From positions 1 through 64,000 of IMG/VR virus record IMGVR_UViG_3300010367_000050: 64,000 nucleotides of DNA; one strand, 5' to 3'. The DNA comes from a virus. The position numbers and the translations under genes are program-made. Below the pieces are notes generated by a model. The model saw nothing but the letters and a program-made list of their open reading frames with translations, was not told the origin of the DNA and searched no databases. Positions 45,594 to 54,828 of the stretch are shown in pieces; the first letter of the stretch is position 1, and the number at the start of each line of letters is the position of its first letter.

Positions 45594-46871
45594 CTAGTCG
45601 TGGATGGAAGCCACACTTGCCGTCACACGACGAGCTTCCAGCTTGGTCTGCTTTGCGGGCTCGGTCACTTCCTGCTTGGACGAACGACGGGAAAGTTCCG
45701 TTGCGCCGCACTTGGTGCAGGACAGAGGAGCAATGGTGTTTGCGCGCTCCGTGTACGAGGTGATGAAGCTCTGGGCTACTTCCAGGGACGCCGTATTGAG
45801 CATGGTGCGCATGGCATCGCTGGCCTTGTCGCCTTCGACCAGATTGTACAGACGCAGGGCTTCGGTGCGACGGTCTTTGACGATGAGCTCCAGGGAGTCC
45901 TTGGAAACCTTGAGGCCGTCAACTTCCGTCTTCAGGGTGGTGTTCTCGGTTGAGAGCGTGGTGACCTTGGCAGTCTCGGCTGCGAGTTCCGCCGTCTTGG
46001 TCTCAGCCTGAGTCTTGAACGTATCACGTTCCGTGGTCAGAGTCACGATATTGGCGTTGGCGGTTGAAATCTGAGTATTGAAGTTGGCAATCGCGGCGAA
46101 TACTTCTTCGTCGCTGGGTGCTTCCTTCTCAAGCTTCAGAACGGCAGCGAGTTTCTTGATATCCAAGGTTTCCTCCAGGGATTGTGAATTGGATGTAGTG
46201 CCTGGAACAGTGATGGACCCATCTTGACCAATCTGCTTGGCGTACGGGTCTGCTCCCTGCCACACAACACTGTATTCATATGTACGAGTAATCTTGGTGA
46301 CCAAAGCCTGTACCATACGGCCATCGACAGTGGAGCCAAGTTTCCACGCAAACTCTTCATCCTTCATCTTTGGATGAGATTTTACGTAGTCGAACTCAAT
46401 TGTTACAGAGCCTGAGTTCAGTGCGCCTGAGACCAACCCCCGAGCTACCTTGGGGTCAGCCTTAGAATCAACCTTGAGCATGAAGTTCACACCGTGAGGA
46501 ACGCCGGGTGTCTTCTCATCCCAGTAAGCGTCCTGCGTGGTGCCAATCCAGTTATCCACGTTCATGTCGTGGTTCTTGAGGATAACCAGGCTGTTGAACA
46601 TTCCAACAGCGTCCTTCAGAGCCTGTCCGTTGTTGTAGCTAAAGTCAATTGCTCCATCACGAACAGTGGTAGCTGACAGCGCACGAAACGGAACAAGGAT
46701 GTAATCTTCAGGCTTGACTGTTAGGAAGTCACGAAGCTCAGCCTCACTCATGGAGGAGAAGTCCTGGCTCAGGGACTCCGACAAATGAGCCTTCAAACCC
46801 TCAGAGCCCAGAGGCAGCAGGCTACCGCTCACCTGCATCCTGCCGCGTCCATCTTGTAGACGGATTTTCAT
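45594..46871 (-). CDS. prohead protease-scaffold fusion
   Basis: NHD..WIG, SGSV, EYSVVWQGAD protease motifs followed by a long coiled coil. Confidence 0.8.
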   Translation of the reverse strand: MKIRLQDGRGRMQVSGSLLPLGSEGLKAHLSESLSQDFSSMSEAELRDFLTVKPEDYILVPFRALSATTVRDGAIDFSYNNGQALKDAVGMFNSLVILKNHDMNVDNWIGTTQDAYWDEKTPGVPHGVNFMLKVDSKADPKVARGLVSGALNSGSVTIEFDYVKSHPKMKDEEFAWKLGSTVDGRMVQALVTKITRTYEYSVVWQGADPYAKQIGQDGSITVPGTTSNSQSLEETLDIKKLAAVLKLEKEAPSDEEVFAAIANFNTQISTANANIVTLTTERDTFKTQAETKTAELAAETAKVTTLSTENTTLKTEVDGLKVSKDSLELIVKDRRTEALRLYNLVEGDKASDAMRTMLNTASLEVAQSFITSYTERANTIAPLSCTKCGATELSRRSSKQEVTEPAKQTKLEARRVTASVASIHD

Positions 46872-47011
46872 TTTTCCTTGGTCTCCTTGCCCTTGTCCTT
46901 CTTTTCTTCAGGGGTGAACACCTTATCGGGGTTGTGACGCATGGCCTCACGACCAATAACGCCTGCCTCGTTGGAGCCCACTGTGATCTTCATTGAATTG
47001 ATCTTTCCCAT
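46868..47011 (-). CDS. small hypothetical protein (47 aa)
   Basis: GAGGTG RBS, MGKINSMKITVGSNEAG...; TGA overlaps the protease ATG; below ORF track cutoff. Confidence 0.65.
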   Translation of the reverse strand: MGKINSMKITVGSNEAGVIGREAMRHNPDKVFTPEEKKDKGKETKEK

Positions 47012-47058
47012 AATCACCTCACTGTTAGATTGAAAGTTGAAACTAGGCCCTCAAACCA

Positions 47059-47910
47059 TCATTCAACAGAGTACGCCGGTGTTTCATTTTCAGCATAAAA
47101 ATCCTTGAATACTGTACGGTGGCGGCACTCCGGGTGGAATGGGGGCACTTCATAACCGAGGGCTTGTAACTCTGCGTCAGAGGAGTTTTGCAAGTCTTCA
47201 TAACTGATCTTGCCTTTCAAGAACGGCATGAATGATTCATAGTCCTGGCTTTGGGTCAGAGAGTCCAACCGCGACAATGACGACGATAACGTGAATACAC
47301 GTCCAATCATGTTACGGCAAAACTCACAGGTCTTCAGATCGTCAGGGCCAGCAATCTCAAACGTCTGAACATGGGCTTGGCGCATGTTGTTTAGCTGACC
47401 AAACACCCTGGACCTCGACACGGTTGTGTTCACGATCTGACGAATCTTGGCTCTGTCATTGCCTAGTAGGTCTCCAAAAGTGGAGATGAATGCGTCCATC
47501 TCCTTACGGTCAGTTGCGATCGATCTACCGTTTTCAATAAATGCCTTCCGTATGTAATCCATCACCTTGGTCTTCAACTCTTCGCTTTCAACGTACTTGG
47601 CAATATAGCTCTGAGAAGCGAGGTCTAGGAACTTGATGGCACGATAGTCAGGGAGACGCAGAAACGAGCGAGGCAATTGTGAATCAGAGGCCACCAAAGC
47701 CCTGTAAATCTCCGAAGTCTGTGACGCTATCATGTTCTTGAACCGGCGAGAGTTCAACTTGATGCCGTATTCCTGGGTCAAAATGGAGTACAAGCTATTG
47801 GATATCTGCGTAAGGTCAGCCGGATTGAGCTCAGCTGAGCCAAGATAGTGTATGATTCTATCAAAGGCCGAGGCTTCGGCGTCATCGAGTTGTGCCAGAA
47901 TTATGCTAAA
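47059..47910 (-). CDS. MuF / SPP1 gp7-like head morphogenesis protein, probably reached by +1 frameshift from portal
   Basis: IVNT..SR..G, DLKTCEFC..MIG, PPFHPECR; frame open from 47910 with no ATG/GTG/TTG before an SD-less TTG at 47793. Confidence 0.8.
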   Translation of the reverse strand, partial: FSIILAQLDDAEASAFDRIIHYLGSAELNPADLTQISNSLYSILTQEYGIKLNSRRFKNMIASQTSEIYRALVASDSQLPRSFLRLPDYRAIKFLDLASQSYIAKYVESEELKTKVMDYIRKAFIENGRSIATDRKEMDAFISTFGDLLGNDRAKIRQIVNTTVSRSRVFGQLNNMRQAHVQTFEIAGPDDLKTCEFCRNMIGRVFTLSSSLSRLDSLTQSQDYESFMPFLKGKISYEDLQNSSDAELQALGYEVPPFHPECRHRTVFKDFYAENETPAYSVE

Positions 47911-47919
47911 GATACCTCC
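47905..47919 (-). promoter_or_regulatory. prfB-like +1 programmed frameshift cassette
   Basis: GGAGG TAT CTT TAG C at the portal stop. Confidence 0.7.
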
Positions 47920-49498
47920 GATATTTGGATTTTAGTTCGTCTTCCTGTTTGGACAGAGACACAGGCGGCATTCCAGCATCCGTGCGAAGCGTGTTGAGTA
48001 CCTCAATAGGAGTGTCCCGCTTGAAGTAGTATTGCTTCATCTCCTTGTTGTAGGCGAACTGAACAGACGCTTGTTCCTTGGGCTGCTTTTTCTTGGGGTT
48101 CTTTGGGGTGTTGTCTGTCTTTCCACCGGTACTCGGGCGTTGATCCAGGTTCTTGTCTTGAGCATTCGGGTCCACACGGGGTTCAGCTTGGTCAGGCACA
48201 GCATAACCAAGTCTGTTTGCCTTCTCCGTCTGGTCAATGACGCCACCGTTGTACAGAGCTTCGGCGTTGGCGATGTCGATCATCTCAGCCTGAGCCTTCT
48301 GAAGGTTACTCAAGGCCTGTGATTCGTTGAAGCCTACGCAAACTTGCGCTGTGATGCCAGCCATTAGCAAGTCCAAGCCCCATCCAAAGTCCAAGCTCTT
48401 ACCCACTAGTCTCTGATAGTTGGTAAGCTGAGACACCATCTTGGAGTGCACCACGCTGGCATATGTTTCTGTAGTGCTGTACGTTCTGCCGTGCATGGCG
48501 GGGTCTGCCATGATCGCAGAGAACAGCTGTTCCTCGTTCATCTTGAACAGATCGTTGATGCCGCGCACGTCACTAGTGACACTCTTCACGTCGAACTCAA
48601 ACGCACCCTGAAACCCAGCGGCGATGCCGTCTCCAAAGGAAGTCTTCAGGTTATCTGTAACCTGGTTCAAATAGGCCAAGCAGCGAGCAGTGTATCTGTC
48701 CTGATTCTCACCGGGGTTCTGTTTTGGAGGAGTGACCTTGTAAGTCATCAGACCCATGATACCAACCTTCTTGATAACCTTGTTGATGTTACGAAGCATC
48801 GCCTGCTGTAGAGCTACCGGCTGGAGAGCAGCAATGAATGGAGGAACAGCGTATGGGCTGTCTTCGATAGTCTCAGCGTTGGCGTAGAAGTAGGTCTTGA
48901 GGTTGAGCTTTACAGCGTTGCGGTAGTTATCCAAGGCCAAGACAGTGTTACGGGGAACCTGCACGGGATAATATCCCATACCGTCCTGCCTAGGTACCCA
49001 CCGAATGTCTCGCACGGGTACAAAGAACACTTTGTCAATACCAGATAGATTGTTGGTAGGCACCCACTCAGTGGAGATAGCTCCCATGCGAGCGACCTGA
49101 GCAAAGATACCGTTGATCAGTCCGTCTGGGCCTCCGCCAAACGGATACATGACGTCAGCGCGGTCGCGGATACGCTGTACCGCAGCTTCGATCACTGTGT
49201 CACTCTCGCCCTTGACGCTCAACAGATGACCCGTGTTCCCTAGTTGCACGATGTGACCCACAGCCTGCCGGATATCGGGATTGATCAGGCTGAGATTGGC
49301 GATGGCTTCATAGATAGCGATAGGCCACTTGCGGGGCAGAGTGAAGTCATACTCACCCTTCAACTCTGAGATTAGCAGTCCAGGGTCATCAGGTGCCGAT
49401 ACGCGAGTGACAGGCAGTCCACTAACGTCCGTTGTCTGCGTCACTGACTTCGTTGTATTTTTGGCTCGAAGCCCTGTTATCCAATCTCGAAATCCCAT
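47906..49498 (-). CDS. portal protein
   Basis: 530 aa directly after the large terminase; SPYAVPP, LYNGGVIDQTE..LGY. Confidence 0.85.
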   Translation of the reverse strand: MGFRDWITGLRAKNTTKSVTQTTDVSGLPVTRVSAPDDPGLLISELKGEYDFTLPRKWPIAIYEAIANLSLINPDIRQAVGHIVQLGNTGHLLSVKGESDTVIEAAVQRIRDRADVMYPFGGGPDGLINGIFAQVARMGAISTEWVPTNNLSGIDKVFFVPVRDIRWVPRQDGMGYYPVQVPRNTVLALDNYRNAVKLNLKTYFYANAETIEDSPYAVPPFIAALQPVALQQAMLRNINKVIKKVGIMGLMTYKVTPPKQNPGENQDRYTARCLAYLNQVTDNLKTSFGDGIAAGFQGAFEFDVKSVTSDVRGINDLFKMNEEQLFSAIMADPAMHGRTYSTTETYASVVHSKMVSQLTNYQRLVGKSLDFGWGLDLLMAGITAQVCVGFNESQALSNLQKAQAEMIDIANAEALYNGGVIDQTEKANRLGYAVPDQAEPRVDPNAQDKNLDQRPSTGGKTDNTPKNPKKKQPKEQASVQFAYNKEMKQYYFKRDTPIEVLNTLRTDAGMPPVSLSKQEDELKSKYRRYL

Positions 49499-49540
49499 CG
49501 TTGTCTCCTAATCTAGTCCATACTGTAAAGGTTCAAGGCA

Positions 49541-51166
49541 CTAACTGAACAATACCGGTAGGTTCACTGAATGCTTGTAGCGGGCTCTTGCTAGCTGTGC
49601 TATCAACCAGGCCAACACCAAGTCGTCGTTGTACCCGTCATTAGCTCTTGGGTTAGGCTTGCGAGTTTCCTGAAAATTGAACACCAACATCTCGTTGAGC
49701 AAACGCAAACTGTTTATGAGAAGAACTGCTTCAGGAATATGCCCTTTCTGGCGTAATTCCTCATGCTCTCTGATGAGCTCTTCACCTGCTGAGATAAGTA
49801 CCGGGCGGTTGGCTGAGGTCGTGGTAAATCCAACAATCAGTGTCTCTTCATTGGTAACCGTTTGAGTGTTCGCCTCTTCATCGATGGTAGCATCTTCCTT
49901 GATGTAAGTGTACAGATTGGGATAGTTCTTGTCAATCATCTTCTGTACAGTTACAAGACCAACACCGTTCCGCTCGATTACAACCTGTCCCCAGTTGTAG
50001 TACTTTCCAATAGCGAACAGATACGACGCAAACACGTTTGGCTTGCAATGAACCCGCATCTCTGCCGCTTGCTCGCCGGTCTCCCACTCCACTACTTGTA
50101 TAGCATGAAAATCACTTCCGTCTCCAGTAGCGGAGTCCGCTCCAATGATGTATAGCTTTCCAGGAACAGGCTTCTTGAAGATGTACAGCCCCTCGGCCTT
50201 CTTCCCATAAAGTCCATCGTAGTCATCAAATCTCTCTGGGGCATACAACACTTTACCAATTTTACGAGTGCGAAGCACCTCAGACCAATCAGATAAAATG
50301 GTAGTGTCGAACACAGGACGGCCAGAGTTCAAAAAGTCGCAGTCAACCTCCTGAGCGCATAGTGCCGGGCCAAGTTCCCGCCTCTGCATAGCATACCACT
50401 TCTCATCCCGCTCAGGGTGCATCTTCCAATGAAGCCTTATGGGATTGAAGTCTGACAGCTTACCTACGGCGTCTCTCCACTTGCCAGCAAACCAATTGCC
50501 TAGGCCATTAGCTGTAGAGATAGCAATGGCTTGTCCGCCCGTCGACAGAGTGGGAAAAGCCGCACCCCAAATCTTGTCAATCCACCTTACAAAGGCAGCT
50601 TCGTCAATGATCAGAAGTGATAGACCTTCTGAACGGCCTGCCTCTTCAGAAGTCGGCACAGACATGATTCTGGAGTTGTTCTCGAACACAATTGTACTGG
50701 TGTTCCACTGCGCTGCGAGAGGGCCTTTTAGCCACAACGGTAAATGACGGTAGGCATACTTGATTTTGTCGAGGAAGCGTTTCGCAGTCTCTTCCTTGAT
50801 CGAGATGATGACCACGGTCTTATCCGCACGAAACATCGCGTACCAGAGAGCAAATAGAGCTACAAGCCAGGATAGTCCCATCTGACGAGGCTTCAACACG
50901 ATGTTGAAGACGTGAAGCAGAAACTGCTTCAGAGCAATCCTCTGGAAGGGATACAGCTTCATAGGGATACGGCCCTTGACTGGGTCTTGTATGTAGCAGT
51001 AATTATGTATGAAATGAATGGGGTTGGCCGCACACCGTAGCCACTCCTCGACCTCTGGACCCTTTGGGTCTCTACCAGGTAGTTCAGAGAATCCCCACGA
51101 TAACCGCGTGGAGTCAAACTCTATCTCATATTTTTTGATCTTGATCTTGCCTAGCAGCTTTTTCAC
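49541..51166 (-). CDS. terL: terminase large subunit (T4 gp17-like)
   Basis: LYPFQ, KPRQMGLSW, LIIDEAAF, STANG, GADSATG, NDDLVLA. Confidence 0.96.
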   Translation of the reverse strand: MKKLLGKIKIKKYEIEFDSTRLSWGFSELPGRDPKGPEVEEWLRCAANPIHFIHNYCYIQDPVKGRIPMKLYPFQRIALKQFLLHVFNIVLKPRQMGLSWLVALFALWYAMFRADKTVVIISIKEETAKRFLDKIKYAYRHLPLWLKGPLAAQWNTSTIVFENNSRIMSVPTSEEAGRSEGLSLLIIDEAAFVRWIDKIWGAAFPTLSTGGQAIAISTANGLGNWFAGKWRDAVGKLSDFNPIRLHWKMHPERDEKWYAMQRRELGPALCAQEVDCDFLNSGRPVFDTTILSDWSEVLRTRKIGKVLYAPERFDDYDGLYGKKAEGLYIFKKPVPGKLYIIGADSATGDGSDFHAIQVVEWETGEQAAEMRVHCKPNVFASYLFAIGKYYNWGQVVIERNGVGLVTVQKMIDKNYPNLYTYIKEDATIDEEANTQTVTNEETLIVGFTTTSANRPVLISAGEELIREHEELRQKGHIPEAVLLINSLRLLNEMLVFNFQETRKPNPRANDGYNDDLVLAWLIAQLARARYKHSVNLPVLFS

Positions 51167-52071
51167 TGGCCTTTCCTCTCATTGATGCCGATCTGCATAA
51201 TCTCATCGTCCTCATCGGTCATCTGTATGGCTTTAGGCACAGCTAAGTCTCCAGCCCTGCGTGCAGACGGCAAAACCCCAGCGAATTCCTTGGATACAAA
51301 CTCTTGAAGCATTTTCACCGGCATTACATTGAGATTGTTGTTATTGATGACCAGCGAATGAGCCTTTACAATAGCCTGAAGCTTGGCTCCTGAGCCGGTG
51401 ATCTTGAACAGGTCATCCATGCCCTTTGTGGCTCTGTTGGCCATATCAAGAGCAGCTAAGGCAGCGCTGTACATTGATGCACGGTCTCTTCCTGTTAGAG
51501 CATCAATCTTTACATTTGAGGCTATCTTGCCGTCTTTCCTCATCTGTATGAGCTCTTTAGTCTGAGCGTCAGACCGTTCAATGTCGTTGCGTATAATGTT
51601 GAATAACGCCAACGCCCGGCCTCTGTCCTGAAACCGCATCTCCATCAAGGCAAAAGCCAGAGCAGGCAAATCGCGCTCGTCATTTCCCAAAAAGAATTTG
51701 GAGTGCTGATCCTTCAATTCCTTGATGTCAATCTGGACGGTCTTCAATGGTACGTTCAAACACTTGGCTAGTTCTGACTCAGTAACCAGAACACCATTAT
51801 GGGTGTGGCCGTTCATCATCCAGGCACGAACCTCTTCCCGTCGCATCTGGGTGTGCTCGCCTTTGGCCATTGCCTCGTCACCTGTGATTGCCATTTCACT
51901 GTACATGGCTGCTACATGCTGCTCATGACGTGCCGGGGTCAGACGGGGTTCTCTCACAATCTGTTCGGGAGGTAACACCTGAGCCTGCGGAGCCTCAACG
52001 GGCTTCTTTTTCTTGACTTTCTTAGCCTTTTTGCCAAGGGAATCCACTCCACGCAATGCTACTAGTGCCAT
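51163..52071 (-). CDS. terminase small subunit (putative)
   Basis: HTH (ESELAKCLNVPLKTVQIDI) plus helical body, directly upstream of terL. Confidence 0.6.
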   Translation of the reverse strand: MALVALRGVDSLGKKAKKVKKKKPVEAPQAQVLPPEQIVREPRLTPARHEQHVAAMYSEMAITGDEAMAKGEHTQMRREEVRAWMMNGHTHNGVLVTESELAKCLNVPLKTVQIDIKELKDQHSKFFLGNDERDLPALAFALMEMRFQDRGRALALFNIIRNDIERSDAQTKELIQMRKDGKIASNVKIDALTGRDRASMYSAALAALDMANRATKGMDDLFKITGSGAKLQAIVKAHSLVINNNNLNVMPVKMLQEFVSKEFAGVLPSARRAGDLAVPKAIQMTDEDDEIMQIGINERKGQ

Positions 52072-52182
52072 ACGGTTCTCCAATCGACATTTATGTAGCT
52101 ATTTGCTACAAATGATAAACATTTTCTATTCAAAGGTTTCGTTTCGGACTACTTTAGAGTAGTATTGAATTCGGAGGTTTAC

Positions 52183-52410
52183 ATGGCTCGACCAACTAAA
52201 ATGACCGGATGGTGGAAAGAACTGCTCGAACAACGAGCGAGTGGCCGGGTTGATCTGCTTGCCACCTTGTGCGGGGTTGATGTGCGCAGTGTGCGGAGGT
52301 GGAGCCAAGGTACTAAGCTGCAAGGGGAACACTTGACCAAGCTCCGGAAGGTGGCTGGTAAAGAATTGCTTCAGACTGCCCCAAGTCATATCAGGGGTAA
52401 CCATGGCTAA
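52183..52410 (+). CDS. Cro/XRE-like HTH protein
   Basis: LATLCGVDVRSVRRWSQG; GGAGGT RBS. Confidence 0.8.
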   Translation: MARPTKMTGWWKELLEQRASGRVDLLATLCGVDVRSVRRWSQGTKLQGEHLTKLRKVAGKELLQTAPSHIRGNHG

Positions 52411-52984
52411 GGTCACCCCCATTCCAATCTCTTGGATAAACAAGAAGGCCAAGAAGACCTTGATAAAGATGTATGGCAAGCAGAGACTCATGATACAAGC
52501 GTTGCCCAACATCGTGAGTCCTGATGACTTCCCCCACCAGGCCTGTTTCGATGTGGAATTCATGATAGCTCTGCTCAGCCATGGAGCGTGGATAACCAAG
52601 GATTGGAAACCGTACGCCAGGTACACCATAGCACAAAGACTCAAGACCAACAAAGAGGCAATATTCGTTGAACCCTTTGACAAGATAGCTGATGACTTCT
52701 TGAACTTCCAGCTATACGGAGGCACATTCCAGGCCGCAGCAGCCCTCCGCAAACAAGCTGTTGCTACCATGAAATCTGGCGGAAGGACAGCAAGACAAAT
52801 GGCTGCGGCCAAGTTGATACTGAGTACCATGGATGAGATACAATTCAACACGTTGGTCCAACCCTTTCACTGGATACGACTGGCTAAGGCTGTGGAAGAA
52901 CAGTGCCCTGTCTATTCGCTAGCAGCCTACGCCATAGAGAAGCACAAACAGAAGTTGACGCTTGTAAGGCTGTTACAGTCCTAG
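52403..52984 (+). CDS. hypothetical protein
   Basis: 193 aa overlapping the HTH gene stop. Confidence 0.65.
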   Translation: MAKVTPIPISWINKKAKKTLIKMYGKQRLMIQALPNIVSPDDFPHQACFDVEFMIALLSHGAWITKDWKPYARYTIAQRLKTNKEAIFVEPFDKIADDFLNFQLYGGTFQAAAALRKQAVATMKSGGRTARQMAAAKLILSTMDEIQFNTLVQPFHWIRLAKAVEEQCPVYSLAAYAIEKHKQKLTLVRLLQS

Positions 52985-54324
52985 CCTTCAGCCATCAACA
53001 TCTCTTGTCTCTTGGTCATGACAACCTTTTGAGCTTGTAACAGACTCTTGGTCTCAAACGAGAGCCGTTGCTGTATATCTGTCAATACCACAAGATTCCT
53101 GCTGGTGTTGAACTTGCCAAAGGGCTGCTTGATGTCAGATAGGAACGCAGATACAGTAGCCTTAGCAGCTGATTCTGTGCCTCCGAACCTATCCTTCACC
53201 TGCTTGACCAAGTCATTCCGGGTGCACTTACCTGTAACAATCAGCGTGTAAATCAAGCTGTTTCTACAGCCCAATTGAAAACCCATGCTATCTGTGTTTC
53301 CAAGACGACGCCGGGGTGGAGTTTTGCGTTCTCCAAAGGATGGAATGGGTTTCTTCTTGATCTTCTGAGACTCTGCGCTCTCGTATCCAGGTATTTGATC
53401 CAAGCTAATGCGTTTGGACACAAGCTCCCTGTACTCATGGTCTGTATGAAGCTTGTGTAGGCAGGTCTTATACACTGCCTTGATACCTTCAGGACTAATG
53501 TTGTGTTTCTTGGACAAGGTTGGGCCACAAGTCCAATCTCGGGACAACGCCTTGAGTATCTCCAAGTCCCTGTCGATGGCATCAATCTGATCCACAGACG
53601 GCACAGTAAAGGTCAGTCCACCAAAGAAGTGTATGAGTCTTTCAAATGCCCGTTCTCCAAGCAGTCCACGTAACTCTGGAATCATGGAATGCTTGAACCT
53701 GTTGGAGAACATCTTGTCGTCCCTGACTGGCTTCACTCCCTTGGAGTACTCCGTGCGGAGAGTCACCAACACATGGTCTAACAGGAATCTGGCGTGCTTT
53801 GGGTTGACGTCGAAGCCCTGGACCACGGTTTTCAATACTCGTGTGCGGTTACTCTCGAAATCATTGGAACTAAGAACGCCGAATACATATTTTGCAGCCT
53901 CCTCTGCACCCGGTTCGGTTCTCAGCTTCTTCAAGGTTTTGTCACTAAGTTCCAGCTGAGGTATCTCATGGATGTTAGCCTTGGAGGGTTGGGCTATGGC
54001 GTCGAACTCGTACTCATCAGGGGTCCGCTTGTGATCCAGAGGTCTCAGTTTAGCCTCATACCACAGAGCCCTCTTGATGACTTGAGTGGCATATACGAAC
54101 AGGTTACCCTGATTGGGATTGAATTGATCGATAATGTCTCCACACTTGATCAGTGCGATCTGTACCAAGTCATCTTCTGACTGGTTACGCTGGTCATACA
54201 CAACATTGTTGCGTGCTATGTTTTGTATGAGTGGGACAAAATGAGGCAGAATAGCCTCTTTCCGCATGCCAATTCCAATCATGCGGGAGACCTTATGTGT
54301 ATCAAATACGTCAGGATGCTTCAT
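52981..54324 (-). CDS. multidomain transcription regulator: sigma region 2-like + Mor-like + winged-helix-like
   Basis: EDDLVQIALIK..FNPNQGNLFVYATQVIKRAL; LLGERAFERLIHFFGGLTFTVP..RDLEI..LSKKHNIS; C-domain similar to 62801..63385. Confidence 0.7.
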   Translation of the reverse strand: MKHPDVFDTHKVSRMIGIGMRKEAILPHFVPLIQNIARNNVVYDQRNQSEDDLVQIALIKCGDIIDQFNPNQGNLFVYATQVIKRALWYEAKLRPLDHKRTPDEYEFDAIAQPSKANIHEIPQLELSDKTLKKLRTEPGAEEAAKYVFGVLSSNDFESNRTRVLKTVVQGFDVNPKHARFLLDHVLVTLRTEYSKGVKPVRDDKMFSNRFKHSMIPELRGLLGERAFERLIHFFGGLTFTVPSVDQIDAIDRDLEILKALSRDWTCGPTLSKKHNISPEGIKAVYKTCLHKLHTDHEYRELVSKRISLDQIPGYESAESQKIKKKPIPSFGERKTPPRRRLGNTDSMGFQLGCRNSLIYTLIVTGKCTRNDLVKQVKDRFGGTESAAKATVSAFLSDIKQPFGKFNTSRNLVVLTDIQQRLSFETKSLLQAQKVVMTKRQEMLMAEG

Positions 54325-54330
54325 GATCGG

Positions 54331-54720
54331 CTACCTCTTCTCAGACGGAACAACCGTGGGATTGCTCGACAAGGCATCCAACTTCTCTTTGGCCCTTGTT
54401 CTGAGTGTGTCGTTCAGCTTCTCTGACTTCTTGAAATGCAGGATAACGCTGGGTTTGCTCAAGTATCGAACGCCCTGCGTGCGGTTGAACCGCATCCTGG
54501 GGGCCAACTCACGAGCCTCAAACTTTCCAAGACCTTTGAGTTGTACGCTGTAGCCCTCAGCAAGAGCGTCAATCATACCCTCAATCAAAAGACGGGTGGC
54601 TCTGGACATGGCTACTGATGACACGCCATACCGCTTCGATACCCAACGGGCAAACTGAATGTTAGAGAGGGTGACTTTTCCAGGAAGGATTCGTGTTACA
54701 GGCTTATACGGATCTGGCAC
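54331..54720 (-). CDS. HU/IHF-family DNA-binding protein
   Basis: ALAEGYSVQLKGLGKFE..RMRFN..HFKKSEKL; start likely GTG 54720 because ATG 54747 lies in a -10 box. Confidence 0.88.
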   Translation of the reverse strand: MPDPYKPVTRILPGKVTLSNIQFARWVSKRYGVSSVAMSRATRLLIEGMIDALAEGYSVQLKGLGKFEARELAPRMRFNRTQGVRYLSKPSVILHFKKSEKLNDTLRTRAKEKLDALSSNPTVVPSEKR

Positions 54721-54742
54721 AGGGATTCTCCAATCACCACTA

Positions 54743-54771
54743 AGCATAGCCGTACTTGCTGAGCGAGTAAA
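54743..54771 (-). promoter_or_regulatory. sigma70-type promoter
   Basis: TTTACT-N17-TATGCT. Confidence 0.6.
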
Positions 54772-54828
54772 TGGAAAAATCCCCTAGCCTACTGGGTTAT
54801 GATAAATTGAGTGGGACGAAGAAACCGC

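Noticed and set aside
22185-47030. TCTAAC(A) as a late promoter element (about 22195, 41360, 47025)
   Set aside because: One copy coincides with a TAA stop, and I found no consistent upstream element at a fixed spacing; needs a proper motif search.
47059-47910. MuF polymorphic toxin
   Set aside because: The protein ends about 20 aa after the HPxCR motif with no toxin extension; the following 47-aa ORF is coupled to the protease gene.
52183-52984. Lysogeny/immunity module or toxin-antitoxin pair
   Set aside because: Only a Cro-like HTH plus an unknown ORF; no integrase, CI peptidase or toxin motif in the window.
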